A stretch of DNA of 64,000 nt from the NCBI GenBank assembly GCA_963648925.1, contig CAVJFO010000015.1, positions 117,426-181,425 on the forward strand, given 5' to 3'. A program made the position numbers and the translations under genes. This DNA is from Hallerella sp. Its GTDB lineage: Bacteria; Bacillota_I; Bacilli_A; RFN20; CAG-826. Under the pieces are notes generated by a model, which saw only the letters and a program-made list of their open reading frames with translations, was not told the origin of the DNA and searched no databases. Below, piece by piece: positions 11,655-22,431 of the stretch (within the stretch, counting starts at the first letter, position 1; each line of letters begins with the position of its first letter).

Positions 11655-11966
11655 ATGAACATCAAAACTGGTGATAAAGTTATCGTTCTCTCTGGCGATG
11701 ATAAAGGCAAGATCGGCGTTGTCCAAAAGGTTTATCCTAAGTTGAACAAAGTCGTTGTCGAAGGTGTCAACGTCCACAAGAAACACAAGAAACCAACTCA
11801 AGCCACTCCTGAAGGATCCATCCTTGACATTTATGTCCCATTCGATGCTTCCAAGGTTGCCTTGATTGATCCAAAAACAAAGAAAGCCACCCGCGTCCAC
11901 AAAAAGATCGTTGATGGCAAAAAGATTCGCGTCAATGCGAAAGGCGAAAGCTTAGAAAAGAAATAA
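11655..11966 (+). CDS. rplX: 50S ribosomal protein L24
   Basis: L24 with a KOW motif (GDKV.V.SG.DKGK.G). Confidence 0.95.
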   Translation: MNIKTGDKVIVLSGDDKGKIGVVQKVYPKLNKVVVEGVNVHKKHKKPTQATPEGSILDIYVPFDASKVALIDPKTKKATRVHKKIVDGKKIRVNAKGESLEKK

Positions 11967-11980
11967 GGGAGGAATGAAAA

Positions 11981-12589
11981 ATGGCTGAAGAAAAGAAAAC
12001 TGTTAAGAAAGCTTCCCCTAAAAAAGCTTCCCAACCAAAAGCTGGTTATGTTAACCGCTTAGAAACCAAATATAAGGATGTTGTCGTCCCAGCTCTTGTC
12101 AAAGAGTTTGGCTACACCACCCCAATGCAAGCTCCTAAATTTGAGAAAATCGTCATTAACATCGGTGTTGGTGATGCCACCTCAAATAGCAAAGCTCTTG
12201 ATGACGCTGTTGCTGAGCTTGCCACAATCACTGGTCAAAAACCAGTCGTTACAAAAGCCAAAAAGTCCATTGCGACCTTCAAACTTCGTCAAGGACAGGC
12301 TATTGGCTGCAAAGTTACGCTTCGTGGCGTGAGAATGTATGAATTCTTCGATAAGTTAGTTTCCATCTCTCTTCCACGTGTCCGTGACTTCCGCGGCGTT
12401 TCCAAGAACGCTTTCGATGGCCGTGGTAACTACACCCTCGGTGTCAAGGAACAATTAATCTTCCCTGAAATCGATTACGATAAGGTATCCAAGATTCGTG
12501 GTATGGATATCGTCATCGTTACTACAGCAAATTCTGATGAAGAAGCATTCGCCCTCCTTCGTGAGATGGGAATGCCATTCAAGAAATAA
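11981..12589 (+). CDS. rplE: 50S ribosomal protein L5 with a Lys-rich N-terminal extension
   Basis: L5 core (VINIGVGDA....LD.A..EL..ITGQKPV.T.AKKSIA.FKLR). The N-terminal extension again begins [11 protein letters not shown]. Confidence 0.95.
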   Translation: MAEEKKTVKKASPKKASQPKAGYVNRLETKYKDVVVPALVKEFGYTTPMQAPKFEKIVINIGVGDATSNSKALDDAVAELATITGQKPVVTKAKKSIATFKLRQGQAIGCKVTLRGVRMYEFFDKLVSISLPRVRDFRGVSKNAFDGRGNYTLGVKEQLIFPEIDYDKVSKIRGMDIVIVTTANSDEEAFALLREMGMPFKK

Positions 12590-12601
12590 TGAGGTAAGTA
12601 C

Positions 12602-12787
12602 ATGGCAAAGAAAAGTTTAGTTAATAAATGCAACCGCCCACAAAAGTTCTCAACCCGTGAATACACCCGTTGCCAACGTTGTGGACGTCCACACGGCGTT
12701 CTCCGTAAATTCGGATTATGCCGTATCTGCCTCCGTGAAATGGCCTACAAAGGCGAAATCCCAGGCATGAAGAAAGCATCTTGGTAA
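12602..12787 (+). CDS. rpsN: 30S ribosomal protein S14, zinc-binding type Z
   Basis: 61 aa with CQRCGR...CRIC zinc ribbon. Position between rplE and rpsH. Confidence 0.95.
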   Translation: MAKKSLVNKCNRPQKFSTREYTRCQRCGRPHGVLRKFGLCRICLREMAYKGEIPGMKKASW

Positions 12788-12805
12788 GGAAAGGAGAACA
12801 CTAAC

Positions 12806-13201
12806 ATGAACGCAGACCCAATTGCAGACATGCTCACACGCATCAGAAACGCTAATGCTCTTCGCTACGAAAGTGTTTCCATGCCTTATAGCAAAATGAA
12901 AGGCGAAATTGCCAAAATTCTCTTAGACGAAGGATTCATCTCTGGATTCGTCGCCGAAGGTGAAAAAGCAAACAAAACCCTTCACATCACTCTTAAATAC
13001 GGCGCAAATGGCGAAAGAGTCATCACCGGATTAAAGAGAATCAGCAAACCTGGACTTCGTGTCACAGTTGAAGCTGACAAGATCCCAAGCGTCTTAAAAG
13101 GACTTGGTATCGCAATCGTTTCTACTTCCAAAGGCGTTTTAACCGATAAGGAAGCTAGAAAGAACGGCGTTGGCGGAGAAATCCTCTGCTACGTCTGGTA
13201 A
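12806..13201 (+). CDS. rpsH: 30S ribosomal protein S8
   Basis: Near-identical S8 motifs ([14 protein letters not shown]; [12 protein letters not shown]; [12 protein letters not shown]). Confidence 0.97.
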   Translation: MNADPIADMLTRIRNANALRYESVSMPYSKMKGEIAKILLDEGFISGFVAEGEKANKTLHITLKYGANGERVITGLKRISKPGLRVTVEADKIPSVLKGLGIAIVSTSKGVLTDKEARKNGVGGEILCYVW

Positions 13202-13233
13202 TTTAGAATTACAGAAAGAAGAGAATAACAATT

Positions 13234-13791
13234 ATGTCACGTATTGGATTTAAACCCATCGCTCTTCCAGAAGGCGTTACCTACGAAATCGTTGATAGCG
13301 TCATGACCGTTAAAGGCCCTAAAGGCGAAGTAAGCGTCAGAATTCCTTCTGACGTCAGCGTCGAGGAAGCCGACGGCCACCTCCATGTTAAGCCACTTGC
13401 CGCTGAAACAAAGCAAGGCAGCGCTAACCATGGAACAACAGCAGCTTTATTAAACGCTGCTGTTGTCGGTGTCCATGAAGGTTGGAAGAAAGAATTAGAA
13501 ATCAACGGTACAGGTTACCGTGCCTCTGTCAAAAATGGCGAAGTTACTATGTTCTTAGGCTACAGCCATCAAATCACCGTTGCCCCAGTTGGCAAATATA
13601 CAAAAATTAGCTGCCCAGATGAAACACACATCATCGTTGAAGGCTGCAATAAACAAGAAGTTGGCCAAACAGCCGCTCTCATCTATGACAAGCATAGACC
13701 AGACGTTTATGGCCAAAAAGGTGTTCACTACAAAGGACAACACCTCATCAAGAAAGTTGGTAAGCGTGCTGCTGCCGGCGGTAAGAAATAA
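13234..13791 (+). CDS. rplF: 50S ribosomal protein L6
   Basis: L6 family with a two-domain repeat. Confidence 0.95.
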   Translation: MSRIGFKPIALPEGVTYEIVDSVMTVKGPKGEVSVRIPSDVSVEEADGHLHVKPLAAETKQGSANHGTTAALLNAAVVGVHEGWKKELEINGTGYRASVKNGEVTMFLGYSHQITVAPVGKYTKISCPDETHIIVEGCNKQEVGQTAALIYDKHRPDVYGQKGVHYKGQHLIKKVGKRAAAGGKK

Positions 13792-13806
13792 GGAGGTAAA
13801 TAGAAT

Positions 13807-14163
13807 ATGATCAAAAAAGAAGCAAGATCAGTCGTTCGTGAACGCAGACACATTCGCGTTCGTGAAAAGATCTCCGGTACTGCTGAGTGCCCACGTTTAG
13901 TTGTTTTCCGTTCCAATAAGCACATCGAAGCTCAAATCATCGATGATGTCAAAGGAACTACCCTTGTCAGCTCTGGCTCTGTCCAACTCAAATTAGCATC
14001 TGGCTCCAATTGCGAAGCCGCTGCAACAGTTGGTGCAGATATCGCCAAAAAAGCTATTGCTGCCGGTATCACCAAAGTCGTCTTCGATCGTGGTGGTTAT
14101 CAATATCATGGCCGCGTCCAAGCTCTTGCCGACGCCGCTAGAGAAGGAGGCTTAGTCTTCTAA
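13807..14163 (+). CDS. rplR: 50S ribosomal protein L18
   Basis: L18 family ([16 protein letters not shown]). Confidence 0.95.
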   Translation: MIKKEARSVVRERRHIRVREKISGTAECPRLVVFRSNKHIEAQIIDDVKGTTLVSSGSVQLKLASGSNCEAAATVGADIAKKAIAAGITKVVFDRGGYQYHGRVQALADAAREGGLVF

Positions 14164-14173
14164 GGAGTTAATT

Positions 14174-14878
14174 ATGGAAGAAAATAAAACTGTTAATGCT
14201 GTAGAAGAAAAGCCAGCTAAAGAAAAGAACCCAACAGGCAACCCACAATATGAACCACGCGGTTCCCGTGGATCTGAACGCCCAGGCAGCCGTAAATTCG
14301 GCAACCACAAAGGCAAACCAGGCGAAAGACGTGGTGGACGTGGCGGATTCCGTCGCGTTGAAGACGATTTCCAAGACAGAGTCGTTACCATCAACCGCGT
14401 TACCCGTGTTGAACAAGGTGGTAAAACCATGCGTTTCGATGCTCTCGTCGTTGTTGGCGATGGCAAAGGACATTATGGCTATGCTATGCGTAAATCCGGT
14501 GAAGTACCGGATGCGATGAAGAAAGCTCTCACCGCTGCAAAGAAAGATCTTCACTATGTTAAGATCCAAAAGGGTACAATCGCTCACGAAGTTAGCGGTT
14601 CCCATACTTCAACCAAAGTTGTCTTAAAACCAGCTCCAGCTGGCACAGGTATCGTCGCCGGTGGCGCAGTCCGTGCCGTTCTCGAACTCGCAGGTATCAA
14701 GAATATTGTTTCTAAAGTCTACGGTTCCCGCACTGCCATCAACGTCATTCGTGCAACCGATGCAGCCTTATTACAACTTAAAGAATACGATAAGGTTATG
14801 GTTCTCCGTGGTTTAAAGACCCCAGAAGAAATCAAAGCCTCCCATGCTGCTCCAAAAGCAACGAAAGGAGATAAATAA
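14174..14878 (+). CDS. rpsE: 30S ribosomal protein S5 with a ~65-aa Arg/Gly-rich N-terminal extension
   Basis: S5 core (RV.KGG...[11 protein letters not shown].). N-terminal RG-rich low-complexity extension. Confidence 0.95.
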   Translation: MEENKTVNAVEEKPAKEKNPTGNPQYEPRGSRGSERPGSRKFGNHKGKPGERRGGRGGFRRVEDDFQDRVVTINRVTRVEQGGKTMRFDALVVVGDGKGHYGYAMRKSGEVPDAMKKALTAAKKDLHYVKIQKGTIAHEVSGSHTSTKVVLKPAPAGTGIVAGGAVRAVLELAGIKNIVSKVYGSRTAINVIRATDAALLQLKEYDKVMVLRGLKTPEEIKASHAAPKATKGDK

Positions 14879-14880
14879 TC

Positions 14881-15327
14881 ATGGCTGAGAATTTAAATAC
14901 TCTTGTTGTTGTTCCTGGTTCTAAAAAAGAACACTTCCGTAAGGGACAAGGTATTGGCTCTGGAAACGGCAAAACTGCCGGTAAGGGTCAAAAAGGACAA
15001 GGTGCCCACGCTCACACAAAGAAACGTGGATTCGAAGGTGGCCAAATGCCATTAGCAAGACGTCTTCCAAAATTTGGATTCAAGAATCTTGCTAGAGTCG
15101 AAAAAGCCATTGTTAACGTTGGTCTCCTTGAATCTTTCGAGGAAGGCACAACCGTTGATGCTAAAGTTTTACTCGAAAAAGGTTTAATTAAGAGCGATAT
15201 TAATGGAATTAAAATCCTTGGTAGTGGTAAACTATCAAAGAAGCTTACTGTTAAGGCTGATGCTTTCTCTGCTTCCGCAAAGAAAGCCATCGAAGATGCC
15301 GGCGGCGTAGCTGAGGAAGTTAAGTAA
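14881..15327 (+). CDS. rplO: 50S ribosomal protein L15
   Basis: L15 family. Directly follows rpsE, so there is no rpmD (L30) gene. Confidence 0.95.
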   Translation: MAENLNTLVVVPGSKKEHFRKGQGIGSGNGKTAGKGQKGQGAHAHTKKRGFEGGQMPLARRLPKFGFKNLARVEKAIVNVGLLESFEEGTTVDAKVLLEKGLIKSDINGIKILGSGKLSKKLTVKADAFSASAKKAIEDAGGVAEEVK

Positions 15328-16682
15328 TGAAAAAATTCGTCTCAATCTTTAAAAATAAGGACATTGTCAATCGTATTTTCTTCACGATAATGATCCTCTT
15401 TGTTCTTAGGGTTGGGGCGGTTATTACTGTTCCTGGGGTCAAAGTCTCGGATGAATTAACTAATATCATGAATAGCGGAAATTCTTTCGCTCTCATGGAT
15501 TTATTGGGCGGAGGAGCTCTCTCGAACTTCTCCGTGTTCGCCCTTGGCGTTTCACCTTACATTACTTCTCAAATTATTATCCAACTTCTCTCAAAAGACG
15601 TCCTTCCGGCTCTTACCGAACTCTCCAAACAAGGTGAGTACGGAAGAAAGAAGATGGAAATGGCCACCCGTTATCTAACATTGCTTCTTGGAGCTGTCCA
15701 AGGCTATGGTATGATTCGTACCATGGTTAACCAAGGATATATCTCCTTAAGTATGACTGATAACTTCTGGACATACGCCTACATCGTCACGATTCTGCTT
15801 GGTGGTTCAATGCTTACCATGTGGCTTGGTGACCAAATCACAGAGAAAGGCCTCGGAAACGGTATTTCCGTCATCATCTTCGCTGGATGTGTTAGAAGCC
15901 TTCCAACTCAAATATCTACTGCATGGAGCAAGTGGATCACGGGCAACGTTGATTATGGTTCAACCCAAATGATCAAAGGTGCCTTCCAATTTGCTCTTTA
16001 TATCTTAGCAATGCTTGCGATTGTCGCATTCGTTGTCTTCACGGAATTATCACAAAGACGTATTCCAGTCCAACACGCTGGAAAGGGCGGTGCATCAGCC
16101 TCAATGGCTCGCGCTTCCTTCTTGCCGATTAAAATTAACTCGGCTGGCGTCATTCCGGTTATCTTCGCTTCGAGTATCTTAACCGCTCCAAGTATCATTG
16201 CTTCCTTCATTTCTACTGAAGCAAGTAATGCTTCTTGGTTAAACATCTTCAATTACAACACCACGATGACCATGACAAACTTTGATGGAACGACGTGGAA
16301 GATGAACTGGGGATTGTTCATTTACTTAGCCTTGATTATCGCCTTCACATTCTTCTATGCTGAAATGCAAATAGATCCAGAGAAACTTGCTGATAATTTC
16401 CAAAAATCTGGTTCTTATATTCCAGGCATTCGTCCAGGAAAAGAAACGGAAAGATATGTTGGAAAGGTTCTTAATCGTGTCACCTTCATCGGTGCCATGT
16501 CATTATCTATCATTGCTGCCTTGCCAATAGTCCTTGTTTGGGCTAACGCATTCGGAACTGATACTTCCCTTGCAATTGGTGGCACAGGATTAATCATCAT
16601 TGTCGGCGTCGCTATCGAGCTTAACAGCCAAATCGATGGCTTGATTGCCGGAAAATCTTACGACCAAGTTAAGGAGGCATAA
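15327..16682 (+). CDS. secY: Preprotein translocase subunit SecY
   Basis: Ten-TM SecY with conserved motifs. Conserved position after rplO. Confidence 0.97.
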   Translation: MKKFVSIFKNKDIVNRIFFTIMILFVLRVGAVITVPGVKVSDELTNIMNSGNSFALMDLLGGGALSNFSVFALGVSPYITSQIIIQLLSKDVLPALTELSKQGEYGRKKMEMATRYLTLLLGAVQGYGMIRTMVNQGYISLSMTDNFWTYAYIVTILLGGSMLTMWLGDQITEKGLGNGISVIIFAGCVRSLPTQISTAWSKWITGNVDYGSTQMIKGAFQFALYILAMLAIVAFVVFTELSQRRIPVQHAGKGGASASMARASFLPIKINSAGVIPVIFASSILTAPSIIASFISTEASNASWLNIFNYNTTMTMTNFDGTTWKMNWGLFIYLALIIAFTFFYAEMQIDPEKLADNFQKSGSYIPGIRPGKETERYVGKVLNRVTFIGAMSLSIIAALPIVLVWANAFGTDTSLAIGGTGLIIIVGVAIELNSQIDGLIAGKSYDQVKEA

Positions 16683-16684
16683 TT

Positions 16685-17338
16685 ATGCTTAATATCATTC
16701 TCATGGGCCCTCCAGGTGCCGGTAAAGGCACGCATGCTGCGTGGATGGCCAAGGATTACAACATCCCACACATTTCCACAGGCGACATGTTCCGTGAGGC
16801 CATGAACAGTGGTTCTGAACTTGGAAACAAAATTAAAGATATCGTTAATCGCGGGGACCTTGTAAGTGATGAACTTACTTGCGCCCTCGTGAAAGAACGT
16901 TTATCCAAACCTGATTGCGCTAATGGGTATCTCCTTGATGGATTCCCACGCACAATCGCGCAAGCTGAAGCCTTTGACAAAATTGGCGAAGAAATTGGAC
17001 GCGCTCCAACCTACGTCATTAATGTCTCTTGCCCAGACGATCTCTTAATCGGACGCATCGTTACAAGACGCGTTTGCCCAAAATGCGGCGCTGGCTTCAA
17101 CGTCATCACTCTCAAACCAAAGAAAGAAGGCATTTGCGATAATTGCGGTACTGATTTGGTCCAAAGAAAGGACGACAACGAGGAATCTTTCAAGATCCGC
17201 CTCGCTAATTACTATAAGAGCACTGCCCCACTCCTTGATTTCTACAAGGGGAAAGGCTTACTCCATGAGTTCGACTCATCTAACGGACTCGAAACCACTA
17301 AGAATGCCATTTCGGATTTCTTAAGGGGTTTGAAATAA
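16685..17338 (+). CDS. adk: Adenylate kinase (zinc-containing lid)
   Basis: P-loop GPPGAGKGT and lid CPKCG...CDNCG. Confidence 0.97.
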   Translation: MLNIILMGPPGAGKGTHAAWMAKDYNIPHISTGDMFREAMNSGSELGNKIKDIVNRGDLVSDELTCALVKERLSKPDCANGYLLDGFPRTIAQAEAFDKIGEEIGRAPTYVINVSCPDDLLIGRIVTRRVCPKCGAGFNVITLKPKKEGICDNCGTDLVQRKDDNEESFKIRLANYYKSTAPLLDFYKGKGLLHEFDSSNGLETTKNAISDFLRGLK

Positions 17339-17339
17339 G

Positions 17340-18110
17340 ATGATCATCATTAAATCCCCACGAGAGATTGAATTAATGAGAAAGGCCTCTGCTTTAACGG
17401 CGAAGGTCTTTGAAGTTGTTGGACCTCTTGTAAAACCTGGCGTTACGACTCAATACCTTGCAGATATGGCTGAAAAAGTCATTATCGAAGGCGGAGGCGT
17501 GAGCGCTGAAAAAGGTTATTGTGGGTTCCCTGGCGCCATTTGTGCAAGCGTAAATGAAGTGCTTGTGCATGGCATTCCTTCCCCTAAGCGTGTTCTTAGG
17601 GATGGAGACATTGTTTCTCTCGACGTTGTATCCTTACTTAATGGATATAATGGTGATGCTTGCAGAACTTATGCTGTTGGCATCTGCCCAGAAAACAAAC
17701 TTAAGCTCATTCGTGTTGCTGAAGAATGTTTCTGGAATGCGGTGAAACTCGTCAAAGAAGGCGTCCATTTAGGCGATATCTCTCATGCGATTCAAGTGAC
17801 TGCGGAATCAAACGGATATTCTGTTCCACTCGAATTTACAGGGCATGGTATTGGCAGGGAAATGCATGAAGACCCTTATATCCCTGATTATGGTGAAGCA
17901 GGGACAGGACCAATTCTTCGCGAAGGAATGACCTTAGCGATTGAACCTATGATCCTTGAAGGCTCTAATAAACTTAGAGTTATGAGGGATGGCTGGACTA
18001 CCGTATCTAAAGACGGCAAGCCTAGCGCACACTACGAGAACACAATCCTCGTAACTAAAAATGGTTGCGAGATTCTAACTTTAGAGCAAGGAGGAAAATC
18101 CATTGAGTAA
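17340..18110 (+). CDS. map: Methionine aminopeptidase type I
   Basis: MAP family metal-ligand residues. Conserved position. Confidence 0.95.
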   Translation: MIIIKSPREIELMRKASALTAKVFEVVGPLVKPGVTTQYLADMAEKVIIEGGGVSAEKGYCGFPGAICASVNEVLVHGIPSPKRVLRDGDIVSLDVVSLLNGYNGDACRTYAVGICPENKLKLIRVAEECFWNAVKLVKEGVHLGDISHAIQVTAESNGYSVPLEFTGHGIGREMHEDPYIPDYGEAGTGPILREGMTLAIEPMILEGSNKLRVMRDGWTTVSKDGKPSAHYENTILVTKNGCEILTLEQGGKSIE

Positions 18111-18324
18111 AGAAGATTGCATTGAAGTTGAAGCAAAGGTATTAGAATGCCTTCCAAACGCCAACTTTAAAGTACAATTAGCAAATGGGGCGGTCGTACA
18201 AGCCTGCGTTTCTGGAAAAATTCGCATGAATTACATACGAATCCTTCCGGGTGATAGAGTAACCGTTCAATTCTCTCCTTACGATTTAACACGTGGGCGC
18301 ATCACATTCCGTTTCAAAAACTAA
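18103..18324 (+). CDS. infA: Translation initiation factor IF-1
   Basis: 73 aa with an S1-like fold. Near-identical to IF-1 (GKIRM..IRILPGD.V....[10 protein letters not shown]). Confidence 0.96.
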   Translation: MSKEDCIEVEAKVLECLPNANFKVQLANGAVVQACVSGKIRMNYIRILPGDRVTVQFSPYDLTRGRITFRFKN

Positions 18325-18363
18325 AAGTGGGCAACAGTTCCCAAAAGAAGGAGTTTAATTACT

Positions 18364-18477
18364 ATGAAAGTAAGACCATCCGTCAAACCAATCTGCGATA
18401 AGTGCAAGATTATCCGCCGCCATGGCGTGGTTATGTGCATCTGCCCAAACCCAAAGCACAAGCAGAGACAAGGTTAA
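18364..18477 (+). CDS. rpmJ: 50S ribosomal protein L36 (zinc-ribbon type)
   Basis: Manual translation gives [37 protein letters not shown] (37 aa). Absent from the ORF track only because of its size. Confidence 0.92.
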   Translation: MKVRPSVKPICDKCKIIRRHGVVMCICPNPKHKQRQG

Positions 18478-18498
18478 TTTAAGGAGTAAACAACAAAT

Positions 18499-18873
18499 AT
18501 GGCACGTATTGATGGGGTTGATATCCCTAGTGAAAAACGCGTTGTAATCTCCCTTACCTATATCTATGGTATCGGCGATACAACCGCAAAGAAAATCTGT
18601 AAAGATGCTGGCGTCAGCGAAGACATCCGCGTTAAGAATTTAACCGATGATCAACTCGTCGCCTTAAGAACAGAGGTCGCCAAATATAAAACAGAAGGTG
18701 ATCTCCGCCGTGAAGTCGCTATGAATATTAAGCGTCTCACCGAAATTGGCTGCTATCGTGGCATGCGTCATAAAAAAGGCCTTCCTGTCCGTGGACAACG
18801 TACAAAGACCAATGCTCGTACCCGTAAAGGTAAGAGAAAGACAATTGCTAATAAGAAGCAAGCTACTAAATAA
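18499..18873 (+). CDS. rpsM: 30S ribosomal protein S13
   Basis: S13 N-terminus [22 protein letters not shown]. Confidence 0.96.
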   Translation: MARIDGVDIPSEKRVVISLTYIYGIGDTTAKKICKDAGVSEDIRVKNLTDDQLVALRTEVAKYKTEGDLRREVAMNIKRLTEIGCYRGMRHKKGLPVRGQRTKTNARTRKGKRKTIANKKQATK

Positions 18874-18891
18874 TAGGAAAGGAGAAGAATT

Positions 18892-19293
18892 ATGGCTGCA
18901 AAGAAAAATACAAAAACTTCAGTTCGTAAGAAAAAAGTTAAGAGAAACTTTACTGTTGGAACAGTCCACGTTCATGCTTCCTTCAATAACACCATCGTTA
19001 ACGTTACCGATTTACAAGGTAATGTCATCGCATGGTCAAGCGCCGGTGCTTTAGGATACAAAGGCGCTAAGAAAGCTACGCCATTTGCTGCTCAATTAGC
19101 AGCAGAAGCCGCTGGCAAATCCGCTTTTGATCAAGGCTTAAGACAAGTTAATGTCGAAGTCAAAGGCCCAGGCCCAGGCAGAGAAAGTGCTGTCAGAGCC
19201 CTTGCTAATGTTGGCTTACAAGTTTTATCCATTTCCGATACGACTCCAATTCCACACAACGGTTGCCGTCCACCAAAGAGACCACGCGGCTAG
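18892..19293 (+). CDS. rpsK: 30S ribosomal protein S11
   Basis: S11 family ([16 protein letters not shown]...WSSAG). Confidence 0.96.
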   Translation: MAAKKNTKTSVRKKKVKRNFTVGTVHVHASFNNTIVNVTDLQGNVIAWSSAGALGYKGAKKATPFAAQLAAEAAGKSAFDQGLRQVNVEVKGPGPGRESAVRALANVGLQVLSISDTTPIPHNGCRPPKRPRG

Positions 19294-19338
19294 TTGTAGC
19301 ATTCTCGGCTAATAGGGAAATACAGGAGGAAAATATTA

Positions 19339-20349
19339 ATGGCTAATAACAATATCGATCAAACAAACGAAGAGCTCGTTTTACCAAAGCCTTTCATCCC
19401 ATTCGATTTCACGGTTGAAATCAATGATGAAGAGGAACACTATGCCCGTTTCGCGATCAAACCTCTCGAGAGGGGTTTCGGTACCACTCTCGGAAACGCA
19501 CTCCGCAGAGTTTTGCTTAGCGCCCTTCCTGGCGCTAGCGTCTATGCAGTGCAAATCGATGGCGTTCGTCATGAATTCTCTTCGATTCCAGGAGTTGAAG
19601 AAGACGTTACCGCTATCATTCTTAATCTCAAGGATCTTATCTTAAAAATCGATTCTGATAATCCAAAAGAAACCAAAGAACTCAACATTGATTTCCAAGG
19701 CCCTGGCATCTTAACAGCTGGCGATATCGTTTGCCCAGCTCTCGTTGAGGTTGTCAACAAAGATCTTGAAATTGCCCATGTCAACAAAGACGGACACATC
19801 AAGATGAGAATCTTCGCTGGCAAAGGAAGAGGCTATTACACCGCCGATGCCAACAAAGTCGAACGCAATGTTAACCAACTTGGTTATATCGCTACCGATT
19901 CCAACTATTCACCAGTCGTCAAAGTCGCTTATGCTGTTGAATCAACACGTGTTGAGCATGACTCCCACTTCGATAAATTAACACTCGAAGTTACGACAAA
20001 TGGTGCTATTAAACCACATGAAGCCGTCGCTATGGCTGCTCAATTATTAGTGGTTCACTTCCAAAAGTTTGCTTCTCTTGACGAAAAGGTCAAATCCTTC
20101 AAACTCGAGAAAGAAGAAGTCAAGCCAGAAGAAAACAAATACCAAGGAATGCTTATCGAAGAACTCGAGTTTAGCGTTCGTAGCAACAATTGCCTTAAGA
20201 GAGCCGGTATCTCCACTGTCTTAGAACTCACTCAAAAGAGCGAAGATGAGATGATGAAGGTTCGTAATCTTGGTAAGAAGTCGCTTAAAGAAGTCAAAGA
20301 GAAGCTTGCCCATATTGGCTTGCATTTCCGTGATTATGTAGGAGAATAA
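19339..20349 (+). CDS. rpoA: DNA-directed RNA polymerase subunit alpha
   Basis: RpoA N-terminal dimerisation domain and C-terminal domain (ELELSVRSNNCLKRAGI). Confidence 0.96.
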   Translation: MANNNIDQTNEELVLPKPFIPFDFTVEINDEEEHYARFAIKPLERGFGTTLGNALRRVLLSALPGASVYAVQIDGVRHEFSSIPGVEEDVTAIILNLKDLILKIDSDNPKETKELNIDFQGPGILTAGDIVCPALVEVVNKDLEIAHVNKDGHIKMRIFAGKGRGYYTADANKVERNVNQLGYIATDSNYSPVVKVAYAVESTRVEHDSHFDKLTLEVTTNGAIKPHEAVAMAAQLLVVHFQKFASLDEKVKSFKLEKEEVKPEENKYQGMLIEELEFSVRSNNCLKRAGISTVLELTQKSEDEMMKVRNLGKKSLKEVKEKLAHIGLHFRDYVGE

Positions 20350-20351
20350 TT

Positions 20352-20753
20352 ATGCCAGCACAAGGAAGAAAAAACGTTCACGGTAAGACCGGCGTTAGAT
20401 TTAAAGCCGCTTATACCGCTTCAAAGAATTATTCAATGCTCCGTAATGTTGTTTCTGAGTTAATCGTCCATGGACACGTCAACGTGACCTCTGGCGTTAC
20501 CCAAGAACTCGTTACCCTCGCCGCTAAAATGGTTACCTATGCAAAACAAGGCGATCTCGCAGCCCGTAGAGAATGTGAGAAAGTCCTTCGCAAAGGAATC
20601 AAAGACGAAAATGGCGTTGATAGCTTAACAAAGCTCTTCAATGAGATTGGCCCTAAATTCAAAGACCGCAATGGTGGTTACACCAAAGTCTACAAACTTG
20701 GCGCTCGTAAAGGCGACAATGCTGAAGTAGAAATGGTCACATGGGCTGACTAA
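20352..20753 (+). CDS. rplQ: 50S ribosomal protein L17
   Basis: GGYTKVYKLGARKGD matches the L17 C-terminal motif. Conserved position after rpoA. Confidence 0.9.
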   Translation: MPAQGRKNVHGKTGVRFKAAYTASKNYSMLRNVVSELIVHGHVNVTSGVTQELVTLAAKMVTYAKQGDLAARRECEKVLRKGIKDENGVDSLTKLFNEIGPKFKDRNGGYTKVYKLGARKGDNAEVEMVTWAD

Positions 20754-20772
20754 TTAAGCAAAAATTCATTTA

Positions 20773-20805
20773 AGAGATCAAGTAATCTTGGTCTCTTTTT
20801 CTTTT
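20773..20805 (+). terminator. Rho-independent terminator ending the alpha operon
   Basis: 10-bp stem AGAGATCAAG/CTTGGTCTCT with loop TAAT, followed by a T-run. Confidence 0.7.
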
Positions 20806-20820
20806 TTGCATTATTCTTAT

Positions 20821-21483
20821 ATGGGTAAAATTATGAAGAACTATATTTTTGACTTAGACGGAACGACCTTAGATACAATTGAAGGCATCCAAATCGCTAT
20901 CAATACAGCCCTTAAAAATGCTGGATACAATTACACTTTCGACAAAGAAGGGACAAAAACTCTTATAGGCGAAGGCGCAGATACATTAATTCATCGTGCC
21001 TTAAAAGAAAAAGACACGGAAGAAAATTTTCTTAATCTTAAGAAAGAATATCTTCCTTTGTACCATTCCGAACAAGAAGACCACACTTTTTTGTTTCCTA
21101 GCCTCAAAGAAATATTAGAAACGTTAAAAAAAGAAGGAGCAAGACTCTTTATCTGCACGAATAAGCCTGATGCGTTTGCAAAAAGAATTGTTTCAAAAAT
21201 ATACGGAGATGACTTATTTGAGGAAGTTTGTGGCCAAGTTGAAGGCCTTCCAGTCAAACCTGATCCAAGGATTCCTAATTATTTGATCGATAAATATCAT
21301 TTAAACAGAGATGAGACGTTGTTTGTTGGTGACTCGAAAACAGATGTTGCTACAGGAATCAATTCAAATTTAAAGACCGCTTTATGTCTTTGGGGGTATG
21401 GTTTTTACACCGAAGATCTTTTAAAAAAAGCAGATTATGTTTTCAAGAAAGTTGAGAATTTATTAGACACATATGATAAATAA
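20821..21483 (+). CDS. HAD-IA family hydrolase (phosphoglycolate-phosphatase-like)
   Basis: Motifs FDLDGTTLDT, ICTNKP and VGDSKTD. Start may be ATG 20821 or 20833. Confidence 0.8.
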   Translation: MGKIMKNYIFDLDGTTLDTIEGIQIAINTALKNAGYNYTFDKEGTKTLIGEGADTLIHRALKEKDTEENFLNLKKEYLPLYHSEQEDHTFLFPSLKEILETLKKEGARLFICTNKPDAFAKRIVSKIYGDDLFEEVCGQVEGLPVKPDPRIPNYLIDKYHLNRDETLFVGDSKTDVATGINSNLKTALCLWGYGFYTEDLLKKADYVFKKVENLLDTYDK

Positions 21484-22309
21484 GGCTTTAGAAAAGAAAA
21501 AGATTTTAATTTCTATAAGGCTATTGCCGTCGCTAATTTTAGTTTTGGCTTCCTTATCTTTTTCTATCGCCTATTTGTATCATGGTTACGCTACGACATA
21601 CAATTTCGTTTTAGCTGGCGGATTGTTTGGTTTTTCGCTCTTGTTTTTACTTATAGATGTGGGCCTAGAATATTCCTACAAAAGCAAGAATTTGACTTAT
21701 AATGTCGCTTCATTACTAATATCCATTTTTCAGCTATTGTATTATGGCGTTATCCTATTCCGTTATCTTAAGGGTTTACCTGATGGATCTGATCCATCTA
21801 AAAGAATTTTCCCGATTGTTTTGCTTGTTGTGTTATTGCTAATAAATGTTTTGTATCGCTTGCTAATTTGGCTTGGTAAATGGAAAACTGACGAAAACCA
21901 AGGAAATGATTTATATGCGGCCTATATTGGCTTTTTAGGCCTTGGCGTGTCTTTAATTTGTTCGATTCCTTTTTCTGCAATTAACGTCTATTCCGGAGAG
22001 CTTATTACTTCATATGTTGGCATATTCGCGATTGTCGCGTTAGCTTTTGGCGTTATTGAGGCCTTAGTTGGCGCAGCATGGCTTTCTTTTGAGAAAGTAA
22101 GAAAATCAACCAAATCAAACGTCTTCTTTTATTTGACGATATTTTGTTTCTTCGTTTCTTTAGCCGCTTTAATTACGGTATCATTTGGCTATACATATGA
22201 GATCGTTTCTTTAGTAACAGCCGTGTATTGCTTTTCCTCATATTCGATTTCGATTCTTTTAATCGCCTCTGGGCTGTTATATTTAACTTATTTAGCGAAA
22301 AAACAATAA
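21473..22309 (+). CDS. Hypothetical polytopic membrane protein
   Basis: Only one Met in the frame; overlaps the HAD gene by 11 nt. Eight or more hydrophobic segments. Confidence 0.55.
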   Translation: MINKALEKKKILISIRLLPSLILVLASLSFSIAYLYHGYATTYNFVLAGGLFGFSLLFLLIDVGLEYSYKSKNLTYNVASLLISIFQLLYYGVILFRYLKGLPDGSDPSKRIFPIVLLVVLLLINVLYRLLIWLGKWKTDENQGNDLYAAYIGFLGLGVSLICSIPFSAINVYSGELITSYVGIFAIVALAFGVIEALVGAAWLSFEKVRKSTKSNVFFYLTIFCFFVSLAALITVSFGYTYEIVSLVTAVYCFSSYSISILLIASGLLYLTYLAKKQ

Positions 22310-22431
22310 AAAGGTCTTTATTAAAGGCTGATTATTTTCAATAATGCGGATAACAAAGCTTATTTTTCGTCTTTTGTTGCCGTAAACTCTTGCTAGGAAT
22401 AAAATTTAATATCTTAGAAAGGATGGAATTT

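Noticed and set aside
14168-14605. 145-aa and 104-aa minus-strand ORFs antisense to rpsE
   Set aside because: Shadow ORFs inside a conserved ribosomal gene. No RBS.
22310-22431. T-box leader upstream of cysS
   Set aside because: The intergenic region is only about 120 nt and has no specifier or antiterminator (T-box) consensus.
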